DNA of 64,000 bases, taken from positions 1 through 64,000 of IMG/VR virus record IMGVR_UViG_3300030376_005300, one strand, 5' to 3'. The notes beneath the pieces were generated by a model. That model was not told where the DNA came from. It saw only the letters and a program-made list of their open reading frames with translations, and did not search any database. Source of the DNA: a virus (Duplodnaviria > Caudoviricetes). The translations under genes and the position numbers were made by a program. Below are positions 9,559 through 18,361 of this stretch, one piece after another (within the stretch, counting starts at the first letter, position 1; each line of letters opens with the position of its first letter).

Positions 9559-9726
9559 ATGAAAGGAACAATGATTGCACTACGGAAAGCACAGAAAGAA
9601 GTTAAGCAGTTGCGTGAACAGAACCAACGCTACCTTGACTACTTGATACAAGTGGCCGATGAGTACACTGATGCCGATGGTATCACATACGAGATTTACT
9701 GTAAGTTTGGGGGCGACGAAGAATGA
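9559..9726 (+). CDS. small protein with EVKQLRE module (55 aa, not in track)
   Basis: junction RBS; GAAGTTAAGCAGTTGCGTGAA shared with MIDTDKY paralogs. Confidence 0.65.
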   Translation: MKGTMIALRKAQKEVKQLREQNQRYLDYLIQVADEYTDADGITYEIYCKFGGDEE

Positions 9727-9791
9727 CACAACTGAAAATACGAATAGAGACAGACGAATACATCTACGAAGAATACTTGGAGGCATGAAGA

Positions 9792-9956
9792 ATGACTTGC
9801 GAACACGAGTATGAATTGAAACGAGGGGATGCTTACCTCTACGAATCCTGTAAGCCGAATGATACGGTCAATGTGACCATCACATGTGTTCACTGCGGCC
9901 ATCAAAAAACAATGACGCTTGGCGTAAATGATGATTATGTGGGAGAGTGGGATTGA
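9792..9956 (+). CDS. small Zn-binding protein (CEH...CVHC; 54 aa, not in track)
   Basis: Same CxH...CxxC pattern as 813-1064. Confidence 0.6.
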   Translation: MTCEHEYELKRGDAYLYESCKPNDTVNVTITCVHCGHQKTMTLGVNDDYVGEWD

Positions 9957-9982
9957 ATGAATAAAGAACGGTTGTTGAGCGA

Positions 9983-12082
9983 ATGACGGAAACCATCGGC
10001 ACAGAAGTCTACAAGGACGGCTTCGGCGAACGCATCGGTCTCAAGTATCGCTACGACCCTGAAACCAACGAGGTACTCAAGAGCGCACTTGGCTTTCCCA
10101 AGTTCAAGTGGGACGCCGAGAAGAAGTTTTGGAGCATCCAAAGTTTCAAGGATGTCGTCAAGGAAGCGTGCGAAATACTTGATGAGATGGGTAAGTACGA
10201 CACCACGGTGATTCGTACCTACGCCGATGCCTTCTCCGAAAACCAGCGAAACAGTTCAGACTGCTGGACGCAGACGAAACGCACACGACTCTACCTGCAC
10301 TGGCCCTACATCGCTGACGCCATCAAGCGAGACAATGTACGCCTCGCCGTACGAAGCATCAGTGGACGCAAGTTCCACGCAGAACAAAAGTGCTGGTCCA
10401 TCCCGACCAGCCAAGCCATCACACTCTACGGTCTACTGGAAGACCTTTACCCGCCACTGGCGGAAGCCATCATGCAAGACGAAGGCGTGAAGGAGAATGT
10501 TCAGGAAAGCGTTCAGCGTGTTGAAATCAGCGGTGCCTCCGAACTCAACGAAAGCAAACTGGCTGAGATTGACAGCGCCCTCGCTGGCAAGTTCCCCGAA
10601 GGCCTCGGCCTCTACCCGTTCCAAAAGGTAGCGGTAGCCTTCGCAGAGATGAGCAACGGTCGCTGTCTCATTGGTGATGAGATGGGCATCGGTAAGACCA
10701 TCTCGGCCATCGGGTATGCGGCACTGCATCCCGAAGCACGACCGGCCATCGTGGTCTGCCCTGCGAATGTCAAGTTCAACTGGAAGAAGGAACTCAACAA
10801 GTGGTTGCCCTCTGAGCGGGTGCATGTCATCAACGCCGGTAACAAGAAAATGACAGCGGGCGAAGTCAAGGAACTGGCATCGGTCATGGGCTTCACAGCC
10901 AAAACGAAAGCAGAAGCGGTGGACTTCTTGACGGATAACAATGTTGATTTAAAAGCGGGCTTGCCCGAATCTGAGTTCATCATCATCAACTACGACTTGA
11001 TGGCGAAAATGCAAGATGAACTCATTGGGATTGCCCCACGCCTCGTCATCCTTGACGAGAGCCACTACATCAAGAACGCAGGGAGCAAGAACAAGCCGGT
11101 TCAGCGTACGATGGCCACGCTCAATGTGTGCAACTACACTTCAAAGGTACTCGCTCTATCAGGTACAGCCATCAGCAGTCGTCCGAAGGAGTTCTTCAAC
11201 ACATTGAACCTCATGCGACCTGACCAGTTCTCGTCCTTTTGGGACTTCGCTCAGCGATACTGCGACCCGTGGCATGACGGCTTCGGATGGAACTTTGAGG
11301 GAGCCAGTCACACAAAGGAACTCAACGAGCGGACCCGTGACCTCTGCATCCGCAGACTCAAGAGCGAGGTACTCCCCGAGTTACCACCCAAGACTCGCAC
11401 CTTCTTCCCTATTCAACTCAGCAAGAAAGACCGCAGTCCCTATGACTTCGCACAAGAAGAATGGGACAGGAAAATTGACGACTACTATCAAAACGGACAG
11501 CCGATGCCACCGGGTACCATGCTCAACATGATTTCTGACCTGCGCCACATCTGCGGGCAAATCAAAGTGGACTACGCCGCTGACTGGATTACACAGTACC
11601 GTGAGCAAACAGGGAAGCCCATCGTGGTCTTCACACATCACCGGGATGTTCTCAAGCGGCTCGCTGAGAAGTTCAAGGATGCACGCACCATCAACGGCGA
11701 CACGCCATCCAAGACTCGTCAGCAAATCGTTGACGACTTTCAAGCAGGGCACATCCCTGTGCTTATCTGTAACACCGTGGCGGCGAAGGAAGGCATCACG
11801 CTGACCAAAGCCGACACCGTTCTTTTCATTGAGCGTGAGTGGACACCCACTGACGAGGAACAGGCAGAGGACCGTGTGTACCGCATCGGTCAGGAGAGTC
11901 AGCATGTACATGCTGTGTACCTCTCCTGTGCTGGTACGATTGACGAACACTTTGACCGTGTGGTTGAGGACAAGCGGTCCGTTGTCAAAGCAGTGCTGGA
12001 TGGCGGGAATGTAGAACAGCGTAAAGGCTTGGTCAGTGAACTGGTCAAGCGATTGAAACAAGAGAGAGGTTGGAAGATATGA
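9983..12082 (+). CDS. SNF2-family ATPase with two N-terminal HARP-like domains (SMARCAL1-like annealing helicase)
   Basis: DEMGIGKT, DESH, LSGT and QAEDRVYRIGQ; HARP-like KWDAEKKFWSI and KFHAEQKCWSIP. Confidence 0.92.
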   Translation: MTETIGTEVYKDGFGERIGLKYRYDPETNEVLKSALGFPKFKWDAEKKFWSIQSFKDVVKEACEILDEMGKYDTTVIRTYADAFSENQRNSSDCWTQTKRTRLYLHWPYIADAIKRDNVRLAVRSISGRKFHAEQKCWSIPTSQAITLYGLLEDLYPPLAEAIMQDEGVKENVQESVQRVEISGASELNESKLAEIDSALAGKFPEGLGLYPFQKVAVAFAEMSNGRCLIGDEMGIGKTISAIGYAALHPEARPAIVVCPANVKFNWKKELNKWLPSERVHVINAGNKKMTAGEVKELASVMGFTAKTKAEAVDFLTDNNVDLKAGLPESEFIIINYDLMAKMQDELIGIAPRLVILDESHYIKNAGSKNKPVQRTMATLNVCNYTSKVLALSGTAISSRPKEFFNTLNLMRPDQFSSFWDFAQRYCDPWHDGFGWNFEGASHTKELNERTRDLCIRRLKSEVLPELPPKTRTFFPIQLSKKDRSPYDFAQEEWDRKIDDYYQNGQPMPPGTMLNMISDLRHICGQIKVDYAADWITQYREQTGKPIVVFTHHRDVLKRLAEKFKDARTINGDTPSKTRQQIVDDFQAGHIPVLICNTVAAKEGITLTKADTVLFIEREWTPTDEEQAEDRVYRIGQESQHVHAVYLSCAGTIDEHFDRVVEDKRSVVKAVLDGGNVEQRKGLVSELVKRLKQERGWKI

Positions 12083-12234
12083 TAACAGAAAAAGAACATG
12101 CGGCGATAAAGTACATACTGGACCAAATCTATCCGTCGCAAATGCTTGAAGAGTTGAACAGTGTGGGGGAGTATTCCTACACGATTGAAGAAGTCTATCG
12201 GTGCGTTGCTATGATTCGCAACATGTGTAATTGA
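12079..12234 (+). CDS. small hypothetical protein (51 aa)
   Basis: ATGA overlap with helicase stop. Confidence 0.5.
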   Translation: MITEKEHAAIKYILDQIYPSQMLEELNSVGEYSYTIEEVYRCVAMIRNMCN

Positions 12235-12247
12235 CGGAGGCTGAAGA

Positions 12248-12670
12248 ATGAGCGGAATGGGGATAGTCAAAGAATGCGAGGTCTGTGGTACTACATTCAC
12301 AACAAGAACGAACACGACAGCAGTGTACGAACGAAAGTGTGACGCTTGCTACAGCGAAAAGCGCACCAGCGAAAGCGTTCAGAAACTGAACCGCCAAGTG
12401 CAGAACAACATGATGTCGCTGGAGTCTCGTACCAAAGCGATGGAAAAGAAGTTCGGCAACATTGAACTCGTCATTGAGGTGGCGGCGAAGGACATCGTAA
12501 CTGATGCCATCACTAAAGCCTTAGAAGAAATCAAAGCCTCCACCTTGGAAGAAGCCAAGCAAATCATTGAGGCTCATGTGAAAGAGCAGACCGAGAAGTG
12601 GCAGATGCAACTACTCAAGATGAACAATCGCATTCGTACATTGACAAAGGAGTTGGGATTGGATGATTGA
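12248..12670 (+). CDS. Zn-finger plus coiled-coil protein
   Basis: CEVC...CDAC followed by heptad-rich region. Confidence 0.8.
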   Translation: MSGMGIVKECEVCGTTFTTRTNTTAVYERKCDACYSEKRTSESVQKLNRQVQNNMMSLESRTKAMEKKFGNIELVIEVAAKDIVTDAITKALEEIKASTLEEAKQIIEAHVKEQTEKWQMQLLKMNNRIRTLTKELGLDD

Positions 12671-12992
12671 CACAGACAAATACGAAGGACACAGAGAAGG
12701 GCCGTGGGAATACAATACCGATGATGATGGTTGGACACTTGCGGCTATCCGTGAACGGGACAACCCTGACCGAGATGAATTTATTGTATTGATGAGGAAG
12801 CCAAACGGCGACCCTAACCTCACATTGAACCCTGACCTCAAACTCTTAGCAGACGCACCACTTCTCCTTGAAGAAGTCAAGAAGTTGCGTGAAGAGAATC
12901 ACAATCGTTGGGTTGTGATTGGAGAGTTGAGGCGACAAGTTGAGGAATTGAAAGCAGACCTCAAGGACTGGATGGATGGTGAAGAAGCATGA
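12663..12992 (+). CDS. MIDTDKY-family protein, paralog 3
   Basis: MIDTDKYEGHREGPW...ADAPLLLEEVKKLRE. Confidence 0.8.
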   Translation: MIDTDKYEGHREGPWEYNTDDDGWTLAAIRERDNPDRDEFIVLMRKPNGDPNLTLNPDLKLLADAPLLLEEVKKLREENHNRWVVIGELRRQVEELKADLKDWMDGEEA

Positions 12993-13264
12993 TTGAGAGC
13001 CTTGAATATACGAATCCAAAGACCGCACCAGTACCACACACGATGTCCCTTACTGCGACTCATTCCCCATTACCTCCGCACATCAAACCAAAGGTTGGGC
13101 ATAAATACTTCCAAGGTATTTACTGGCGGTACAATGCAAATCAAAGGCTTGGGCCTGTTCTTTTTGAGTATGAGGATAAAGACATGAAGAAAGTCATGTT
13201 CGTGATGACCCGTGAAGCGGTTGATTACATGTTTGACACTTATGACATGTTGCCTGTAATTTGA
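12989..13264 (+). CDS. hypothetical protein
   Basis: ATGA-coupled ORF, AT-richer codons. Confidence 0.65.
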   Translation: MIESLEYTNPKTAPVPHTMSLTATHSPLPPHIKPKVGHKYFQGIYWRYNANQRLGPVLFEYEDKDMKKVMFVMTREAVDYMFDTYDMLPVI

Positions 13265-13285
13265 TGAAACGGATGGTGAAGAAGA

Positions 13286-13621
13286 ATGATTGACAAAATT
13301 GACTGGATGGAAACCTTTGTGCTGGGCGAGTCGTATCAGACTGCCTACGCAATTCTGATGAAAATAGATGAGTTGGTCCGTGGCTACAGTGCGGCGGACG
13401 GACAGCCCCCTTCGTGGGACTCACTCATCAAACGACAGGAGGCCTTCTCAAGAGATGTCGGTCACCTTGTCCTGCGTGCCGTGTACACCAACCTTGATGT
13501 CAGCACGATGGACGGCTCTCGCCCGAGTGGCACCTTCCCCAAAGGCAAAGGGCACCCCGGATTCGGGCACCTTCTCTACGGACTTCCAAAGATGCCGCCT
13601 GTCATGGATTCAGAGGAGTGA
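13286..13621 (+). CDS. hypothetical protein
   Basis: GGTGA RBS; converges on and overlaps the kinase gene by 20 bp. Confidence 0.7.
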   Translation: MIDKIDWMETFVLGESYQTAYAILMKIDELVRGYSAADGQPPSWDSLIKRQEAFSRDVGHLVLRAVYTNLDVSTMDGSRPSGTFPKGKGHPGFGHLLYGLPKMPPVMDSEE

Positions 13622-14426
13622 GGATGTTTTGCAGGTTCTGTTGCTCACCGTGTACAATAGCGTCAAGCATTTGCTCAGCAAGTGCGGGGTCGTTGTACTG
13701 GTCAAGGCCAGCGTACAGAGGCTGAGCAAACTCTCTCAATTCAGGGAGGTCTTGCTGAAAGCGACTGGCCTCTCGCATGAACTCGGGCGTGTAGAACGGC
13801 CTCCTTCGGGGGTAGTCAAACATGGGGTCAATCACCTTAACAGCACCAGCGGTACTGATTTCGGGTATGTCAACGCCGCCCTGCATCAGTGCCCAGTTCT
13901 CAGGCTTGGTGTCGCCGATGCCGAGCGCACCTGCAAGGGGGTACATCTCTCTCACTCGGTCACGCAATTCAACATGCGGACCCAACTCTTTCCAATTGAC
14001 ATCGGATTCAATCGGCGTACCCAATTCTTGGGTGTAGGTCACCGGCATGACATTGTGCCTGCCACCTGTCCCGTAGAAACTGAAAGGTGCCATGTAATCC
14101 TCGCTGTACGATAGCGAGGTCCCCTCTTCATTCAGGCGAGGGTGCATAGTGAAGAGTGGTAGTTGTGATTCAGGAATAGGTAAAGCATGCAACTGCTCTC
14201 CCACGAACATCTCAGGGTACATCTCTGCAAGTTGGCTCAGCACCATGGTGTCAGCCAACTTCTCACCCGTACCGTACTTGGTCGTATGACCGAGGCCGGA
14301 GTCTTCCGGCGGTGCATAAGCGGCACGGTAACTACCAATGCCCAACTGCTCATCCAAACGACGAGGGACGAACGGTGGCATGGACGCCTTCAACAGCATC
14401 CAAGCCATCTCAAGCGCCCTGCTCAT
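13602..14426 (-). CDS. protein kinase-like (ePK/atypical kinase fold) protein
   Basis: Gly-loop LGIGSYRAAY, beta3 Lys (TTK), catalytic loop GDTKPEN, Mg-binding KVIDP; GGTGAG RBS before ATG 14426. Confidence 0.75.
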   Translation of the reverse strand: MSRALEMAWMLLKASMPPFVPRRLDEQLGIGSYRAAYAPPEDSGLGHTTKYGTGEKLADTMVLSQLAEMYPEMFVGEQLHALPIPESQLPLFTMHPRLNEEGTSLSYSEDYMAPFSFYGTGGRHNVMPVTYTQELGTPIESDVNWKELGPHVELRDRVREMYPLAGALGIGDTKPENWALMQGGVDIPEISTAGAVKVIDPMFDYPRRRPFYTPEFMREASRFQQDLPELREFAQPLYAGLDQYNDPALAEQMLDAIVHGEQQNLQNILTPLNP

Positions 14427-14475
14427 ACTCACCGCACGCAGTAGCGTGTAATATCACTTTCCGAGGACTGGAGTC

Positions 14476-14507
14476 AAGTCCTTATAAACTGACAATAAAG
14501 GAAATGG
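14476..14507 (+). promoter_or_regulatory. early promoter motif copy 4 (consensus)
   Basis: AAGTCCTTATAAACTGACAATAAAGGAAATGG, identical to copy 5. Confidence 0.85.
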
Positions 14508-14559
14508 CTGGTTCTCGGAAACCACAAAAACAAATAGGAAACAACAGGAGGAACAAAAC

Positions 14560-16068
14560 ATGGAAGACATTGTATTGATAGCAAAAGTAACGCAAAGCAC
14601 ACCGAACATGGTGGAAGTAGAATACCCATCGGTTGCGGGGGTGAACTCTATTCGCCTACCCCGTACTATGATTGCGAGGTTTGAACGCATCTCCGGCGAC
14701 CGAGTTGCCGTACTGGTACGAACCGACGACAGCGACCGTGGTCAAGCCGTGTACCGAAACATCGGCGTGGACTACAAGCCACTGCACATCACTGACGAAC
14801 ACATGCAGATTGTCTCTGCCCTTGAATACGGCGAGCCAATCCCTGCCGACACGGTAGAAGAAGCAAACGACAACGCACCGTTGTGGACACAGCCCTCGGC
14901 ACAGCCATTGGTCACCGTCGTGAATCAAGACGGGACGGAGGAGTTCCACATGGCGGAGGAAGCCTTTGACAACATGCTGTTCTCAGGTGGTCGCAAGAAG
15001 TTGGAAAGCATCAACTGGGACTTTGACCCAGTTCGCAAGCCAGCCTTCGTCATGCACGAAAAGGCCGAAGCCGGTTCAACCGTGGCTCGTGTCAATGACA
15101 ACGCTGGTAAGCCTGTGGCCTACCACATCTTCAACCCGACCTATGCTAACAACGCTCGGCCTGCCGGTGCTTACCTTGGTACATTCAGTTCATCGTACTA
15201 CCCCATGCCCTACCGAAAGGGCTTCGGCCCTGTCCTTGACATGGCGGCGGAGAAAGGCTGGCCTGCTCAGGTGATTGCTTGGGACGAAGGCAAGCGAGCC
15301 GCCTGCTTCGTGGATGTCACTTCCAATGTTGACTGGGAAAAAGCCTCCTCAAAACTGGGACAGCGATGGCAAACCCGTGGCTTCACGGGTGAAGGCGACT
15401 ACCGTGTCGGCATCGCCATCTACAACAGTTTGGACGGCTCCTCATCCTTCAAGGTGCAAGCCGTTGCTGAGCGCCTCGTTTGTGCCAACGGCATGGTCAT
15501 AGGCCAGTCAGCGAACCTCATCAAACTCAAGCACACCGTTGGTACGCTGGGCAACTTTGACTTTGACAAAATGGCCAGCAAAATCATGGATGTCATTGAA
15601 GCGGCGGCACAGGAAATCATCGTGGCTGAGACCATGCGTGATGTCAAGGTTGACAGGAGCACCTTTGAGAAACTCATGACAATCTGTGAGCGCAAGGGAC
15701 TCATCACCAAGCCTGTCATCAAGCGGGACGACACCGGGAATGTCTCTGCCATCACCCGTGGCCACATGTGGCGACTCCTTGGACAAGGATGGACGAACCA
15801 CCAAGAACCATGGGTCGCTGTGGACAAAGAAGACACTGGCTCCCTGTACCATGTGTACAACATCCTGACCGGTGCCATCACCCACAAGCCAACTTGGACG
15901 GACGGTGAGACGACCCTCAAGGGTAGCACCCTCAATTTCAGCACCTTGACCGAGCGACTCGGCAAGGTCCACACTGTGCTTGGCGACATCACCAAGAAGG
16001 CAGTCAACGGCAAGTCCATTGACGACCAACTCGCCGATGTCCCCATGTTCAGCGCAATCCTACATTGA
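14560..16068 (+). CDS. DUF932-like domain protein
   Basis: IYNSLDGSSSF...ERLVCANGM signature; GSLYHVYN.LT. Confidence 0.8.
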   Translation: MEDIVLIAKVTQSTPNMVEVEYPSVAGVNSIRLPRTMIARFERISGDRVAVLVRTDDSDRGQAVYRNIGVDYKPLHITDEHMQIVSALEYGEPIPADTVEEANDNAPLWTQPSAQPLVTVVNQDGTEEFHMAEEAFDNMLFSGGRKKLESINWDFDPVRKPAFVMHEKAEAGSTVARVNDNAGKPVAYHIFNPTYANNARPAGAYLGTFSSSYYPMPYRKGFGPVLDMAAEKGWPAQVIAWDEGKRAACFVDVTSNVDWEKASSKLGQRWQTRGFTGEGDYRVGIAIYNSLDGSSSFKVQAVAERLVCANGMVIGQSANLIKLKHTVGTLGNFDFDKMASKIMDVIEAAAQEIIVAETMRDVKVDRSTFEKLMTICERKGLITKPVIKRDDTGNVSAITRGHMWRLLGQGWTNHQEPWVAVDKEDTGSLYHVYNILTGAITHKPTWTDGETTLKGSTLNFSTLTERLGKVHTVLGDITKKAVNGKSIDDQLADVPMFSAILH

Positions 16069-16079
16069 GGTGAGAAAAC

Positions 16080-16184
16080 ATGCCAACAAGAAACCAACGA
16101 AGCGCAGGACTGAGCCGATACCGAGCGAAGTTCAAAGCACGAGAAGCCGAGCGAAAGAAAGACCTACGAGGTGAAGAGGAATGA
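16080..16184 (+). CDS. micro basic protein (34 aa)
   Basis: GAGGTGA RBS; RGEEE* tail; ATGA overlap. Confidence 0.55.
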   Translation: MPTRNQRSAGLSRYRAKFKAREAERKKDLRGEEE

Positions 16185-16891
16185 CCGAGACACCCGAAGA
16201 CAACGCATTGACAATACTTGAGCGACTGCGAGAAGGAGGCCTGTGGCAACCCGCTGGCCTTGGCTTGTCGTATGTCCGTACCGGCGAGAAATCCATCAGC
16301 CTGATTACTCAGGAAAACAATCCTACCTCAGCACAAGCGAGGATTCGCATGCGCCTTTTGATTGAAGGCGTTGGTTGGCAGGTGGACGAAAGCGAAGCGC
16401 AACTCAAGGATGTGCAACACCTCTCCCCTCAACAGCAACACATGCAAGAGATGATGATGCGACAGGAAATGGCACAGAATTGGAAGTGCAACTGCGGCAC
16501 ACCACTCTCGGCTTTCCCATTGGAGGAAGCCCGCTGGAACTTTGACGGGCAGGAAGAGATGATTCTCCCTACCGGAGAGAAGGAACTCGTTGAGCAGTGG
16601 TCAGTCATCACGCAGTGCCCTGTTTGTGAGACGATAGTGCCCCTTGAGCCGTACGACTACGGCTTGCTGGCTGGCGACGATGCCATGACGACCTACTCGT
16701 TTGTTCACGAAGAACGCAAGTACACACTGACGGCACTGACCCGTCCTGAAATCATTGAACGAGTGGACAGTTCAAGTAGTCCTGACCTTTTCACTTTGGG
16801 CACTTTCTACATCGGACACATGCTCCCCCCTCATGTTCGGGGAGCGGTCGTAGACATTGATGCAGAATGGATAGGGGATGAAGAAGAATGA
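16181..16891 (+). CDS. Zn-ribbon-containing hypothetical protein
   Basis: CNCG...CPVC. Confidence 0.8.
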   Translation: MTETPEDNALTILERLREGGLWQPAGLGLSYVRTGEKSISLITQENNPTSAQARIRMRLLIEGVGWQVDESEAQLKDVQHLSPQQQHMQEMMMRQEMAQNWKCNCGTPLSAFPLEEARWNFDGQEEMILPTGEKELVEQWSVITQCPVCETIVPLEPYDYGLLAGDDAMTTYSFVHEERKYTLTALTRPEIIERVDSSSSPDLFTLGTFYIGHMLPPHVRGAVVDIDAEWIGDEEE

Positions 16892-17208
16892 ATGTTGAAC
16901 TTGTCAAAGTAGGCGGCATCATTGCACGAGTCCTCATGGTTGACGACCTCACGCCTTACACGGCTTGCGAGAATTGCGGCAAGCCCAATTACAATCACCC
17001 CGACCTCGCCAAAGAGGACGCTGACTGGTGCATGACATGTAACGACATGGAGCACCGAAGCGAGATGACACCTGAGCAGTTCTTTGAATGGACTATCAAT
17101 CAGACCATCAACGGGAAAATTACCATGATTGGTTCACGAGAGGCTAAGCATGGTTGGGAAGAAACGGATGTAAAGTTCGCAAGACAAGAAAAGGAGGAAA
17201 ACGAATGA
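16888..17208 (+). CDS. Zn-finger hypothetical protein
   Basis: CENC...CMTC. Confidence 0.75.
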   Translation: MNVELVKVGGIIARVLMVDDLTPYTACENCGKPNYNHPDLAKEDADWCMTCNDMEHRSEMTPEQFFEWTINQTINGKITMIGSREAKHGWEETDVKFARQEKEENE

Positions 17209-17651
17209 AACTACGAAGAGGAGAAAAAGAAGGAAAGATTGCATTTGCAGTACGAGTGGTCAACACTCATGGTGATTTTATCACCCCGGCAGAAGCGGTT
17301 CAATTGATTGACCGTCGCAATTACAGAGGAATGACCAAAGAGAAGTTGGCCGCACAGTTGTCCATCGCATGGCGGCAGAACAAAGTGGCCAAACAAAAAT
17401 TGGCCAAGCAACCTGTCCGCTATGGCCCTGTCAACCTCCAAGAAGTTGTCAGCGAAACGGTTGAGAAAATCAAGCGAATGGGCAAGCGAGCAACCGTGAA
17501 CGATGTTCCCTACGGCGAACTGCTGGCATTCGCAGGCAAGTCCCGTGACGACATCATGTCCGTCATTGAAGACTTGTTGTACGACACGCCAATGTCGGAA
17601 CTCAAAGAGAGATACCCCGGCTTGTACCAAGCAATCAGCGAATTGGTCTAA
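17205..17651 (+). CDS. basic hypothetical protein (possible winged HTH)
   Basis: GGAGG RBS, ATGA overlap; fold guess is weak. Confidence 0.7.
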   Translation: MKLRRGEKEGKIAFAVRVVNTHGDFITPAEAVQLIDRRNYRGMTKEKLAAQLSIAWRQNKVAKQKLAKQPVRYGPVNLQEVVSETVEKIKRMGKRATVNDVPYGELLAFAGKSRDDIMSVIEDLLYDTPMSELKERYPGLYQAISELV

Positions 17652-17657
17652 GGAGGA

Positions 17658-17855
17658 ATGCAAGTGAAGGTTTGGATTCTATACGACTACGGCGTAGGTC
17701 ATTCTCGCCGTATATCTTACCGGGAATTGTCGCACAAGGAAATAGTGACGATGATTAACGAGTATCGTAGCCCCAGCGATAACCCCACAATCCGCTTCTT
17801 CTTACACGAGGAGGATGCAAAACACGCTCTCGCCATGTTGGAGGTGGAGGGATGA
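17658..17855 (+). CDS. small hypothetical protein
   Basis: GGAGG RBS. Confidence 0.65.
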   Translation: MQVKVWILYDYGVGHSRRISYRELSHKEIVTMINEYRSPSDNPTIRFFLHEEDAKHALAMLEVEG

Positions 17856-18361
17856 ACATTTTCGTACTTGACAACGACCCCGTGAAAGCGGCCCAGTGCA
17901 TTGACGACCAGCGAGTGAACAAGATGATAATTGAGTCCGGCCAAATGATGCGAGCGGCTCTCGGTCGTCACGGCATGACCGAAGGCGATTGTCGGCAGTT
18001 CGGTATCCTCACCAAGAGCGGTACACCTTGGCGTATCACGCACAAGAACCATCCCTGTACACTGTGGGCTGGCGAGTCACGCATGAACTTCATGTGGTTG
18101 GCGACCCATGCTCTCGCACTGTGCCGGGAGTTTGAGCAACGCTACCTCAAAGAACATGCTTGTCGGAAACCCATCATGCACATGATTGAGTACATGGAGC
18201 AGTACATCCCCGAAGGAGACTACACCCCATTCGCTCAAGCGATGCCCGTGGAGTACAAGCACAACAACGCAGTGACGGCCTACCGTCGTTACTACCAAAG
18301 CAAAGACAACATCCGGTACAGGAAGACAGATGTACCCACATGGTGGGGGGTGACGGCTTGA
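17852..18361 (+). CDS. pyrimidine-dimer DNA glycosylase / T4 endonuclease V-like family protein
   Basis: MNIFVLDNDP..AAQ, KMIIESGQM, THKNHPC..WA, AYRRYY. Confidence 0.8.
   Translation: MNIFVLDNDPVKAAQCIDDQRVNKMIIESGQMMRAALGRHGMTEGDCRQFGILTKSGTPWRITHKNHPCTLWAGESRMNFMWLATHALALCREFEQRYLKEHACRKPIMHMIEYMEQYIPEGDYTPFAQAMPVEYKHNNAVTAYRRYYQSKDNIRYRKTDVPTWWGVTA

Noticed and set aside
8147-12992. Diversity-generating retroelement explanation for the paralogs
   Set aside because: No reverse transcriptase in the window, and differences are whole-segment replacements rather than adenine-specific substitutions
13368-14114. 248-aa + strand ORF
   Set aside because: Shadow of the kinase gene and overlaps 13286-13621; no RBS or motifs
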